The notes under the pieces are model-generated. The model was not told where the DNA came from. It saw nothing but the letters and a program-made list of their open reading frames with translations, and made no database searches. The translations under genes were made by a program, and so were the position numbers. This document shows positions 20,473-30,600 of a stretch of DNA of 64,000 nt, one piece after another. The stretch is from Candidatus Shapirobacteria bacterium (lineage in GTDB: Bacteria; Patescibacteriota; Microgenomatia; UBA12405): the NCBI GenBank assembly GCA_028704635.1, contig JAQWFB010000002.1, positions 64,693 to 128,692 of the forward strand, read 5' to 3'. Numbering within the stretch: the first letter of the stretch is position 1; every line of letters begins with the position of its first letter.

Positions 20473-20866
20473 AACCCTCTATTTTAATAAATTCTTTTAT
20501 TTCTTTTTCCACTTTTTCAATATTATTCAAAACATCATCATTATTTACTCTTATTGTTTTTATTCCACAACACTTTAGAAATTTATCTCTTAAAATGTCT
20601 CTTTCTTTTTTGACTATATGAGAGTCTCCATCAACCTCAATAATTAGACTTAATTCAGAACAATAAAAATCTGCAATAAATCTATTAATCGGCCTTTGTC
20701 TAGTAAATTTATACCCCAAATACTTTTTTCTTAATAATTTATTCCATAATATTTTTTCGCTCTCTGTTTCATTTTTACGATTATTTTTAGCCGCCCAAGT
20801 TAAAGAATCGCGATATTTCAAATGATATTTTTTAGTTTTAGCTTCAATAACAACATCTTTTTTCAT
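20462..20866 (-). CDS. DUF559-family (Vsr-like / PD-(D/E)XK) endonuclease-domain protein.
   Basis: 134 aa with KFTRQRPINRFIADFYCSELSLIIEVDGDSH...RDKFL...GIKTIRV, the DUF559 signature. The 3' end ends in GAGGGTTTTAAA. Confidence 0.8.
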   Translation of the reverse strand: MKKDVVIEAKTKKYHLKYRDSLTWAAKNNRKNETESEKILWNKLLRKKYLGYKFTRQRPINRFIADFYCSELSLIIEVDGDSHIVKKERDILRDKFLKCCGIKTIRVNNDDVLNNIEKVEKEIKEFIKIEGFKF

Positions 20867-20889
20867 TTCAAACCCTTCCCTTTTAAATT

Positions 20890-21060
20890 CAAACCCCTCA
20901 GTTTCACTTCGTTCAACAGCTCCCCTTGACAGGGGAGCAAAAAACCAAAAAAAGTATTAAAGAAAGGGTTAAAAAAAATTATATATGTAATAATAATCAC
21001 ATCAATATCGCTCCCCTGTCAAGGGGAGCTGCCCTCAGGGCTGAGGGGTTTCAACTCCAA
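20890..21060. repeat. Inverted pair of double-hairpin miniature repeats, each about 50 bp, flanking a 55-bp AT-rich core.
   Basis: 20890-20945 (...CAGCTCCCCTTGACAGGGGAGC) is the reverse complement of 21003-21050 (GCTCCCCTGTCAAGGGGAGCTGCCCTCAGGGCTGAGGGGTTTCAAC). Confidence 0.8.
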
Positions 21061-21140
21061 AATATTTTAAAATCCCTCCTTGATATGACGGCTTTTTGTA
21101 TTACAATTAATACACAAACTGTTACAGATCAAATTCAATT

Positions 21141-21362
21141 ATGCGTCAAATAATCAACATTTCTCTACCAGAAAAATTATCAAAAATGGTTGACGATGCA
21201 ACTAAAGACGGTCAATATGCTTCTAAAAGCGAATTCTTTCGCTGTCTTCTCCGAGATTGGTCCGAAGAACAACTTTATAAAAAATTGAAACAAAGCCAAA
21301 AAGAAATGAAAAACGGTAAAAAATTTTTGCTTAAGTCTTTCAAATATTTAAAAAATATGTAA
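21141..21362 (+). CDS. Ribbon-helix-helix antitoxin (ParD/CopG-like).
   Basis: 73 aa with ISLPEKLSKMVDDATKDGQYASKSEFFRCLLRDW (RHH beta-alpha-alpha). The stop abuts the toxin start. Confidence 0.65.
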   Translation: MRQIINISLPEKLSKMVDDATKDGQYASKSEFFRCLLRDWSEEQLYKKLKQSQKEMKNGKKFLLKSFKYLKNM

Positions 21363-21372
21363 AATAAATTAC

Positions 21373-21631
21373 AGTGAATATTTATTATTCGAAAGATTTT
21401 TTAAAATCATATCAAAAAAACTCCTAAATCAATTCAACATAAGTTTGAAAAACAAGAATCGATTTTTCGAAATAACCCTTTTGACCCACGTCTTAAAACC
21501 CATCCATTAATTGGCAAATTAAAAGGCTTTTATTCATATTCCATTGATTATCATTATCGAGTGATCTTTAGTTTTGAATTAGAAAATGAAATATGGTTTC
21601 AGCCTATTGGGTCTCACAGTATTTATAAATA
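21373..21631 (+). pseudogene. RelE/ParE-family toxin interrupted by a +1 frameshift in an A7 run at 21413-21419.
   Basis: Frame 1 gives VNIYYSKDFLKSYQKNS then a stop. From 21404 the next frame gives ...KTPKSIQHKFEKQESIFRNNPFDPRLKTHPLIGKLKGFYSYSIDYHYRVIFSFELENEIWFQPIGSHSIYK. Removing one A fuses them into a canonical toxin of about 85 aa. Confidence 0.6.
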
Positions 21632-21647
21632 AAAGTTGTTTGTTTTT

Positions 21648-22181
21648 TCAAACCTTCTTTTCCATCAATAAATAGTTATAACCTTCTTCTTCAACAAACG
21701 ATCCAACCTTTTTATAACCTCTTTTAATATAAAAATTTACTAAATCACCATATTCTTCTCGACAATCAAATCGAACATATTCCGCTCCTCGACTTTTAGC
21801 TGTCGAATCAGCAAAATTCATTAAATCACTTGCAATTCCCTGACCATGAAATTCTGGTTTTATTGCTAATGACGACAAATAAAGTGCTTTTGCTTTTGGG
21901 TCAGTAAAAGCTTCTCTATTTTTTAAAACATAATAATCAGGTGGATATTCACCAAAAGAAATTGTCCCCACTACCTCATTATTTTTATAAGTTAAATAAA
22001 CTTCCTGTTTCTTAACTTTATTTTCCATAATTTCTCTGGTGTAATAAGATGACCAATGGTCTAAGCCTTTTTCTTTTAATAACCAATCGCCATCTGCCTT
22101 AATCACCTCAAAAACCTTGTCAACATCTTTTTCTGTTGCCCTTTCCAACCGATTTGTATTTATTGCTTCTCTTTCATTCAT
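21648..22181 (-). CDS. GNAT-family N-acetyltransferase.
   Basis: 177 aa with LYLSSLAIKPEFHGQGIASDLM (GNAT motif A, acetyl-CoA pyrophosphate loop). Confidence 0.8.
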   Translation of the reverse strand: MNEREAINTNRLERATEKDVDKVFEVIKADGDWLLKEKGLDHWSSYYTREIMENKVKKQEVYLTYKNNEVVGTISFGEYPPDYYVLKNREAFTDPKAKALYLSSLAIKPEFHGQGIASDLMNFADSTAKSRGAEYVRFDCREEYGDLVNFYIKRGYKKVGSFVEEEGYNYLLMEKKV

Positions 22182-22185
22182 TATT

Positions 22186-23469
22186 TTAAGCCCCCGGCTT
22201 TCCTAACAACGCAAACATCTTTTTCTTATACACTTCCACTCCTGGTTGATTAAACGGATTCACTCCCAACAAATATCCACTCATTGCACAAGCTTTTTGG
22301 AAAAAATAAATCAAATATCCCAAATTAAATTCATCTAATCTTGGTATTCTAATTACCATGTTTGGCACATCTCCTTCAGTATGTGCCGCAATTGTCGATT
22401 CCATCGCTATTTTATTGACCTCATCCATCGTTTTTCCCGCTACAAAATTTAATTCATCTAAATTTTGCGGATCATTTTTTATTACTAATTTTTCATTATC
22501 CTCTTCAATCGACAAAACTGTCTCCATTAAAATTCGATTTCCGTCTTGCATATATTGCCCAATCGAATGTAAATCAGCCGTAAAACTAACAGTTGCTGGA
22601 AAAATTCCTTTTTTATCTTTACCTTCACTCTCCCCAAAAAGCTGTTTCCACCATTCACTCATATAAAACAGACATGGTTCATAACTAGCCAATACTTCAA
22701 CTAATTTACTTTGTTGATAAAAAATATTTCGGTAAACCGCATATTTATAACAGTCATTTTCAATCAAATTCTCATTATTAAAATACTCTCTGGCTTTTTG
22801 TGCTCCCTTTATTAATTCTTCAATATTAATTCCCGCCACTGCCATTGGTAATAATCCCATCGGAGTCAATGCTGAATACCTACCCCCTACATCATCCGGA
22901 ACTATAAAAGTCTCATATCCCTTTATTGTTGATAATTTTTTTAAAGTTCCTTTTTCCTTATCAGTTACTGCATAAATCCTTTTATTAGCCTCTTCGCCAT
23001 ATTTATTTTCCATCCATTCTCTTAAAATTCTAAAAGCCACAGCCGGTTCAGTTGTTGTTCCTGATTTAGAAATCACCGCCAATGACACATTCTTGTTTTC
23101 AATTTTTTTAAGTAAATCAATCATCTGTAGTGAACTTAAATCATGGCCAGTAAAATAGATTTCAACTTTTTCATCACCACTCAAAGCTCCAATCACTGAT
23201 CTTGCTGATAAATATGGACCACCAATATCAATCACCACTAAAACATCTGAATCATTTCTAATTTTTTCTGCTGCTATTTTTATTCGATCAAATTCTTCTT
23301 TATCATAATTAACCGGTAAATCCACCCACCCCAAAAAATCACTTCCTTCTCCTGTTTTATTATGAATTTCTTCATGCTTTTCTTTAACTTTTTGATTCCA
23401 ACCTATTAACTCATTTCCACTAATAAAACCCTTTAAATAACTTTCATCAAAAAATTCTTTATTTACCAT
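22186..23469 (-). CDS. pgi: Glucose-6-phosphate isomerase.
   Basis: 427 aa with [21 protein letters not shown] and a C-terminal PGI signature region. Confidence 0.85.
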   Translation of the reverse strand: MVNKEFFDESYLKGFISGNELIGWNQKVKEKHEEIHNKTGEGSDFLGWVDLPVNYDKEEFDRIKIAAEKIRNDSDVLVVIDIGGPYLSARSVIGALSGDEKVEIYFTGHDLSSLQMIDLLKKIENKNVSLAVISKSGTTTEPAVAFRILREWMENKYGEEANKRIYAVTDKEKGTLKKLSTIKGYETFIVPDDVGGRYSALTPMGLLPMAVAGINIEELIKGAQKAREYFNNENLIENDCYKYAVYRNIFYQQSKLVEVLASYEPCLFYMSEWWKQLFGESEGKDKKGIFPATVSFTADLHSIGQYMQDGNRILMETVLSIEEDNEKLVIKNDPQNLDELNFVAGKTMDEVNKIAMESTIAAHTEGDVPNMVIRIPRLDEFNLGYLIYFFQKACAMSGYLLGVNPFNQPGVEVYKKKMFALLGKPGA

Positions 23470-23769
23470 AAGGCTATTTTAACAAATTTTATTTTTATAT
23501 TTTTTTAACCTTTTACGTTTAAAATAATTTGTTATTTTTTTAACAAAACTATGAAACACATAGTCAAAATTAATAAAAACAAAATCGAACGAATCTATAA
23601 AGACGGATAGTAAAAAAATCTCCTAACTCCATTTCTACTAAAAAACTATATCAAGATGGTTCACTATTTTACGTTTATAATCAAATTATTAATTTCTTAT
23701 TAAGAACAACTTCTTGACAAACATATGTTAGAAATAATATCTTTATACAGTTGAAACAATATTAAAAAA

Positions 23770-25179
23770 ATGAAAAAATCGATTTCTCGTATTCTGACTC
23801 TAGTCATTCTAGTTTTGCCAATTTACTTAACTTTTTTTGCCAACGAAAATAAAATTATTGCCGTTTCTTCTTTAAAAGATCAAGTCAGCAATGCCCAATT
23901 ATCCTTTTTTGCTCGTATGTCTAGTTATTCCGGATCCACATTAAAAGTTCTCAACTCCCCCGCTGGTGTTGCTCCAAATCTATTTACAACTAATCTTACT
24001 ATTGGCGATAGTGTCGCTATTGCGGCCGGCGTTGGTTCCTCCGTTTTTACCATTAAAGATATTGGCAACACTAACAGTGTTAATTTAAACGCTGCGATTG
24101 GTCTCACTGTTCCCAATGGTTATATTATTGCTACTCGCTCTGGAATACACACTGTATCTTTTACCCCAATATCGTTTGGAGGAGCAACTGAAAAATGGCA
24201 ATTTTTAATTAAAGCCAGTGTTGGCAGTTCTATTCCTTTTAAAGACGGTATGCCTGATCAAGATGGATTTGATATCGGTGGTAGTAATTGTGATACTGCT
24301 GGTTGTTTACTTCATGACGTCACTTGTCCTTACTCCACTGGCACTGCAAACATTGGAACTACTATTACTTTTACTGCATCTGATATTGGCGACTCTGCTT
24401 TCGTCGGCACTTATAATGTAATTGAATGTGCTTATACTGGTGCTACCTCCAAAATTGGCACCCCTGGTACTATGATTATCGGTGCTACTAACGGCACTCA
24501 ATTAATTAATCCTTCCTCGTCGGCTAACCGCACTTTTGGCGTTGCTGATGTTTATTTTTATGGCCTCAGACAATTAGACACTAATGGCAATGTTCTTGAT
24601 TTAAGTTTTGGAAAAATAGCCGTTGATGATAGCGTCCGAATCACTGCCATTGTCGATCCAACCCTAATGTTCACCATTGCTGGCAATGCCACTATGAAAT
24701 GTGGTGCCGCCCCTGCCGTTTCTCCTGCTTCCAGTACTCCAACCTCACTTAATTTCAGTTCATTAGCTTTAGAGTCAACAGCTAATAATCTTTCCCAGTT
24801 TATAACTGCCACCACCAACGCTTCCGGTGGTTACGTAGTTCAAGTCTTTGAAAATAACCCTCTCACTATAGTCAATACTACTACTACACTTCCCGACACC
24901 ACTGCTAACAATACGGCTTGGCCTGACGTAGTCGCCTATTCTGGATTTGGTTATTCAATGGAAGTCGGTGTCACTAGAGCCGGTGCTGTCTTGGGAGTTG
25001 GTAATACTGGTAATTACAAATCTTTCGGAATCGGCTACGCTAATGCCGCTATGGTACTAAGCCACAACGCACCTAGTACTGACAACGCTTACATGTGCTA
25101 CCGAATAAGCGCTACTTTACAACAACCAGCTGGTGAATACGAAAACTCTATTAGTTATATTGCCACTTCAACTTTCTAA
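23770..25179 (+). CDS. Secreted surface protein. It is the second copy of the cassette and its C-terminal AGEYENSISYIAT motif is paralogous to that of 18782..19603.
   Basis: 469 aa with a signal-anchor and a Thr/Gly/Asn-rich beta-rich body. Its C-terminus aligns with that of ORF 18782..19603. Confidence 0.5.
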   Translation: MKKSISRILTLVILVLPIYLTFFANENKIIAVSSLKDQVSNAQLSFFARMSSYSGSTLKVLNSPAGVAPNLFTTNLTIGDSVAIAAGVGSSVFTIKDIGNTNSVNLNAAIGLTVPNGYIIATRSGIHTVSFTPISFGGATEKWQFLIKASVGSSIPFKDGMPDQDGFDIGGSNCDTAGCLLHDVTCPYSTGTANIGTTITFTASDIGDSAFVGTYNVIECAYTGATSKIGTPGTMIIGATNGTQLINPSSSANRTFGVADVYFYGLRQLDTNGNVLDLSFGKIAVDDSVRITAIVDPTLMFTIAGNATMKCGAAPAVSPASSTPTSLNFSSLALESTANNLSQFITATTNASGGYVVQVFENNPLTIVNTTTTLPDTTANNTAWPDVVAYSGFGYSMEVGVTRAGAVLGVGNTGNYKSFGIGYANAAMVLSHNAPSTDNAYMCYRISATLQQPAGEYENSISYIATSTF

Positions 25180-25193
25180 AAATTAAAAATAAA

Positions 25194-26192
25194 ATGAAAC
25201 CTGCCACCCAAAAAACTTTTAAAATCAGTGCCTTTCTTTTATTATTAGCCTCCAATTATTCCCTCTTTATTCCTTCAGTCAGAGCTCAAAGTGTCGAAGG
25301 CTTATCAGCAATTCCTCCTCGATTAGAAATTACAGTTAATCCAGATAGTGCCATCACTAAAACTATCAAAGTTAGAAACGAATCTGATAGTGATAAAACG
25401 GTTTCAATTTCGATCGAAGATTTTATTGTAAATGACAACAAAGGCACTCCCACCATTATTACTGCTTCTAAAGCGGATAATCGTTGGGCCGCTAGTTCTT
25501 GGATTCAAGTTTCCCCTTCTTCAGTCAAATTAAAAGCTGGCGAAACCAAAACTTTAAATCTTACTGTTATGCCTCCTAAAAATGCTCTTCCCGGCGGCCA
25601 CTACGCCATGGTTGTCCAAAGCCCAGAAGGCAAAACCACTCTTAATGCTACTGGTTCATCCATTCAACCTCGAGTCGGCACTCTTGTTTACATAACCATT
25701 CCTGGTGATATCACTCAAAATGCTGTCATTAAAAATTTTAGTGCCGGCAAATTCTTTGAATTTGGCCCAATCGATTTTGCCACCACTATTCAAAATCTTT
25801 CCGATATTCATATCAAACCGGCTGGTAATATCACCATTACCAACATGATTGGTATGAAATCATTTGTTCAATTTAATAAAGATGGTGTTAATATTTTCCC
25901 AGGAAAAACCAGAGATTTTGAAAATCAACTCAATAAAAAATGGCTCTTTGGTCGCTATAAAGCCGAATTAAATACCACTTACGGCAATGCTGGGGGTGTT
26001 GTTACTGCTGCTGTTTTCTTCTGGGTCATTCCATGGAGATTCCTCATTCTAGTTGGCACTGCTATCGCTATCATTATTGCCGTTATCATAATCATCAGAA
26101 ATAAAACTGGCGGCAATAAAGAAACCGAAGAAAAAGTCGATGAACTCGAAAAAGAATTAGAGGCTTTAAAGAAAAAATATAAAGATCGATAA
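25194..26192 (+). CDS. Cell-surface protein with a C-terminal TM anchor (DUF916/DUF3324-like architecture). It is a paralog of 19609..20472.
   Basis: 332 aa. A signal peptide is followed by a beta-rich domain, then a C-terminal TM (ILVGTAIAIIIAVIIII), a basic tail and a short coiled-coil. Confidence 0.45.
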   Translation: MKPATQKTFKISAFLLLLASNYSLFIPSVRAQSVEGLSAIPPRLEITVNPDSAITKTIKVRNESDSDKTVSISIEDFIVNDNKGTPTIITASKADNRWAASSWIQVSPSSVKLKAGETKTLNLTVMPPKNALPGGHYAMVVQSPEGKTTLNATGSSIQPRVGTLVYITIPGDITQNAVIKNFSAGKFFEFGPIDFATTIQNLSDIHIKPAGNITITNMIGMKSFVQFNKDGVNIFPGKTRDFENQLNKKWLFGRYKAELNTTYGNAGGVVTAAVFFWVIPWRFLILVGTAIAIIIAVIIIIRNKTGGNKETEEKVDELEKELEALKKKYKDR

Positions 26193-26245
26193 TTTTATTA
26201 GACCTTCACCCCCGCACCCGCGGGGGTTTTTGTTAAACTAAATTA

Positions 26246-27136
26246 ATGCCAGTCATTTTTTTATTATTTTTATTCCTACTTTCCCCTTTTCAAGTCCAAG
26301 CCCTTGAAAAATCCGAATCCGTTTCTGTTTCCGCTATCATCGGTGAAAACGAAGTCTCCATTTTTGGCTATACTTCCCCTAATTCAAAAGTTGAATTAAC
26401 TGGTATTAATATTTATTCCCTCGACTATAGTGACGACACTGGCTATTTTGAATTTAACAGTTTAGTTTTACCCAGAAATTCTTCCGAACTCTGTCTTCAA
26501 TCCAAAGACGATTCCAATCGATCTTCATCTCTTATTTGTACTCCTCCACCACCATCCTCTAATTATCACACCGATATCGGTCCCATTATTCTCCCTCCCA
26601 CTGTCTCTCTAGAACAGGACAATATTAATCCCAATTCTACTGTTATCTCATCCGGTCAAAGCATTCCTAAATCCACTGTCACTGTTTATTTTTACAAAGT
26701 CGACGATTCCGCCCAATCTTTTCCTAAATCAGCCCTAGCTTATTCACTCCCAAAAATTGAAACTACCACCGATAAAAACGGCAATTACAGCATCAATCTT
26801 CCCACTGCCTATTCCAGTAATTATCGTCTCTACACATCCGTTACATATGACGATAATTTTTCTCCAAAATCAAATACTCTTTTATATACCATGCCTTCCC
26901 TTTTTTGGCTCTTCCTTCAACAACATGCTTATCTTATGGTTCTCCTCCCTATCTTTATTTTTTCTCTCATTTTATTTTTCCTACTTTTATTTTTAAATTC
27001 CTCTACGATCCATAATCTAAGATCTAAGATCAAATTCTTACCTGCTCTTCGCACTTCATATCCCGCTATTAAAACCCAACACTTTCCTGTTCTTTATCCC
27101 GACCACTTGCCTCGCAATTTTAAAATACCTCACTAA
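26246..27136 (+). CDS. Secreted, C-terminally anchored protein with carboxypeptidase-regulatory-like (transthyretin-type) beta-sandwich motifs.
   Basis: 296 aa. A signal peptide is followed by DDTGYFEFNSLVL and TTDKNGNYSINLP (the D.nG.Y motif typical of CarboxypepD_reg/SdrD-B-like domains) and a C-terminal TM. Confidence 0.4.
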   Translation: MPVIFLLFLFLLSPFQVQALEKSESVSVSAIIGENEVSIFGYTSPNSKVELTGINIYSLDYSDDTGYFEFNSLVLPRNSSELCLQSKDDSNRSSSLICTPPPPSSNYHTDIGPIILPPTVSLEQDNINPNSTVISSGQSIPKSTVTVYFYKVDDSAQSFPKSALAYSLPKIETTTDKNGNYSINLPTAYSSNYRLYTSVTYDDNFSPKSNTLLYTMPSLFWLFLQQHAYLMVLLPIFIFSLILFFLLLFLNSSTIHNLRSKIKFLPALRTSYPAIKTQHFPVLYPDHLPRNFKIPH

Positions 27137-27154
27137 ATCTGCTACACTTAATTA

Positions 27155-27568
27155 GTGAAAAATAAATATTTATTTATTATTGCCTTTTTATCTCTCGCTT
27201 TAATTGCCTCTCTTTATCTAGTTCTTCGAACTACTATTTTCGTCAAAAAAGCTGCCAATACCAACCAATCAACTGTCGCCCTAGAAAACTCTTATCTTTT
27301 TGTTTCTCCTCTTCAAGTCAAAGCCGACGGCAAAGAAAAAATGCGACTCACCATCTTTATTCTCGATGGCCGTGGTATGGGCATCGCCAATCAAACCGTC
27401 AGTCTAAAAACTTCATCAAAAATACAAGTCACCAGTATCCAAAATCAAACCGACGAATCCGGCAAAGCCGTTTTTGATTTAACCTCCGCTAGTGCCGGTC
27501 AATATAATGTCTCTGCTCAAACTGGCGACGCCACCATTCCCCAGCAAGTCAAAGTAGTGTTTTATTAG
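27155..27568 (+). CDS. Small membrane-anchored bacterial Ig-like (Big_1 / invasin-intimin-type) domain protein.
   Basis: 137 aa. An N-terminal TM is followed by SPLQVKADGKEKMRLTIFILDGRGMGIANQTVSL...AVFDLTSASAGQYNVSAQ (Big_1 pattern). A paralog is at 39458..39904. Confidence 0.55.
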   Translation: MKNKYLFIIAFLSLALIASLYLVLRTTIFVKKAANTNQSTVALENSYLFVSPLQVKADGKEKMRLTIFILDGRGMGIANQTVSLKTSSKIQVTSIQNQTDESGKAVFDLTSASAGQYNVSAQTGDATIPQQVKVVFY

Positions 27569-27618
27569 ATCTAAAAACAGTCACGTTCTCCCTCTCCATG
27601 TTATCCTTTTTATATATA

Positions 27619-30600
27619 ATGCCTCGTAAATCTCTTCATTCTTCTATTAATAATCTTTCATATAAATCTTTATTAATTATTTTATTTTTCTTATTAATTA
27701 GTATTGTTGTTTTATGGAAATTTGTCTTACCTAATCATAAAGTTGAGGCTAGTTGGTGGAATGATGGTTGGAATTATCGAAAAGCAATTAGTATTAGTAA
27801 TACTTCTGGATCTAATTTAACTGATTTTCAAATATCTTTATCTATTGGCACTAGTGCTTTAATTGCTTCCGGAAAAATGCAAAGTGATTGTGATGATATT
27901 AGAATTACAGATATTAATGGTAATTTGTTACCGTATTGGATAGACCCAGATCTAAGTTGTAATACCACTTCCGACACTATAATTTATGTAAAATTTTCAT
28001 CTATAATTTCCGGTGATAACACCGCTTATCTTTATTATGGCAATTCATCTGCCACTATTTTTCAAAATGGAAATGATGTTTTTCCTCAACTTTTTGATAC
28101 GTTTGATAGCACTACTATTAATAGTAGAAAGTTTAGTTACGGCGGTGGCACTATTACTCAAAATAATTTTGTTTCTATGGTTAATGATGCCGACGCTTGG
28201 GATACATATTTTTATGACAATTCTACTTATACCCGTAACTCCTCTATGGTTTTTCAGTCCAAATTTAAGGCTGATTCAGGAGCCCGCGTTATGGTTGGAT
28301 TACATGACAGTGGCACCGGAGCACATTACAACAACCTAGTTTATGCTTTTTATTTTAATAATGGATCGTTTAGTATCTATGAAGACGGCACCAGCAGAGG
28401 TTCTGTCGGTTCATATACTGTTGGAAATTGGTATAACATTAAAATCGAACTTAAAGACATTGGTGCCAAATACTATTATAAAGCAGTCAATTCAACTACC
28501 TGGATTCTTCTTTATGATTCATCTTATTCTTCTGAATCAAATTTAAAGCTAGGTGTTTCCCATTATGATGTTACTGAATATTCCTATACTGACGATTGGA
28601 TTATTCGCAAATACGCTTCAATTGAACCTACTTCTACCCTCCAATCCGAAGAAGCCGGCGGCGGCCCCATCGCTTATTGGAAATTCGACGAAGGCAGCGA
28701 CACCACTGCTTATGACTCAACAACCAACCAAAACAATGGCACAATTTCCGGCGCCACTTGGCAAACCGAAGACCAATGCATTTCCGGAAAATGTCTTTAT
28801 TTTAATGGCGATACAACACAGAGAGTTATCAGTGATGATAATGTTCTGATTGACGGTGATCAAACATTTTCAGTGTGGTTTTATCCAACTCAATTTTCTG
28901 GCCTTGACGGTATATTCACGACACATAACCACTCAACTACATCAAATATAGGTATAAATTTAGACGATAATAAGATAACCGTATCTATTGGATATACTGA
29001 CGATACACGAGAATACAATACAAAAAGAAGTAATTTCACTGTTCCTTTAAATAAATGGACTCATGCAATCTTAGTTTTTAAACAAAACGAAAACACTATA
29101 AGTTTATTTGTTAATGGAAAATTTGACAGTTCTTGGACTTTATCTAAAACCGTTAAATTTACTTCAGATAAAATACTAGCTGGACAGTGGTCAACCACAT
29201 ATACTAGCAGTTATAGATTCTACGGTCTGATCGATGAACCAAAAATCTATCGTTATGCCCGCACCGCCGCCCAAATCAAACTCGATTATAATTCCCGCGG
29301 TTCCTCAAAAGGCACCTCCGCCAATTTAGGCGGCGCAACCAGTGACAATAACTTATCCGAAGGTTTAGTTGGTTATTGGAAAATGGATGAAGGCGTCGGC
29401 ACAACTACATTAGACAGTTCAGGAAACGGAAAAACCGGTACATTCACTTCCGCCAGTTGGTCTAGTGGTAAATTTGGTATTGGCGGTAGCTTTCCCGGAT
29501 CAGTTTATATTGATCTTGGTACAAATATCGTTAACACAACTGCCTACACTAAATCTGTTTGGATCAAAACCAACACTCAAAACGCTAATAATATTTTTTC
29601 AGGTGGAAGTGGAGGACATGTTCTTTATGTTCAAAGTGGAGTAATTAATTTGAGTAATACTTGGAGCTCACCAAATATTACAGTCGCAGCCAATTTTTAT
29701 GATAATAATTGGCATTTTATAACTGCAACTTATGACGGAACTAAAGGCATAATTTATATGGATGGAGTAAAATTAGCCGAAGGAAATTTATCAAATATTC
29801 CTGCTAGTCAACCAGCATATATTGGAGCTTATGCCGCCGGTAATCAATTTATTGGTCTTATTGACGAAGTCAGACTCTACAACCGCGCCCTTTCCCCCGC
29901 CGAAGTTTCCCAACTTTACGAATACGCCCCCGGACCAATTACTTATTATGATTTTAATGAAGCCTCCGGCACTGTCGCTAATGATAAAAGTGGAAACAAT
30001 CATACCGGTACATTGCAAGGTTCACCTTCTTGGATTCAAGGTAAATATGGTGGCGCTCTCGATTTTAACGCCTCTGGTCGAAAAGTTCTTATAACTAACC
30101 CAACCAGTCAATCCAATTACACTACAATATCTCTGTGGTATAAAGTTACTAGTACCGCTTCTGGATCATGGCGAACTTTATTAGGCCATCAATCATCTAA
30201 TATCCACCACCTCATCATTAATAGTAGTTCTCGAAATATAGGTATTTTTGATGGTAGTTGGAGAGATTTTGGCTATTTACCACCAACTGACAACCAATTC
30301 CACCATTATGAAGTAGTTTATAATAACGGCGTTAACGCCACTCTTTATGTTGATGGTGTATATAAAAATCAAATTACTACCACCCTTGACTTAAGTGTTA
30401 ATCCAATTGGTTCCATTGGAGATTGGGGAGGTAATAGTTATTGGGCTGGCTCCCTTGACGATGTCAAAATTTACAATTATGCTCGCACCCCAAAACAAAT
30501 TATCGAAGATATGAATGCCGGTGCACCCGCTGCCTCCTCAAAATCAATTTTAGCTTATTACAAATTTGACGAAGGTTCTGGTACCACTGTCTATAATTCC

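Noticed and set aside
20926-21153. 75-aa ORF on the + strand
   Set aside because: It spans the inverted double-hairpin repeats and the AT-rich core between them. It has no RBS and its composition is dictated by the palindromes. Likely spurious.
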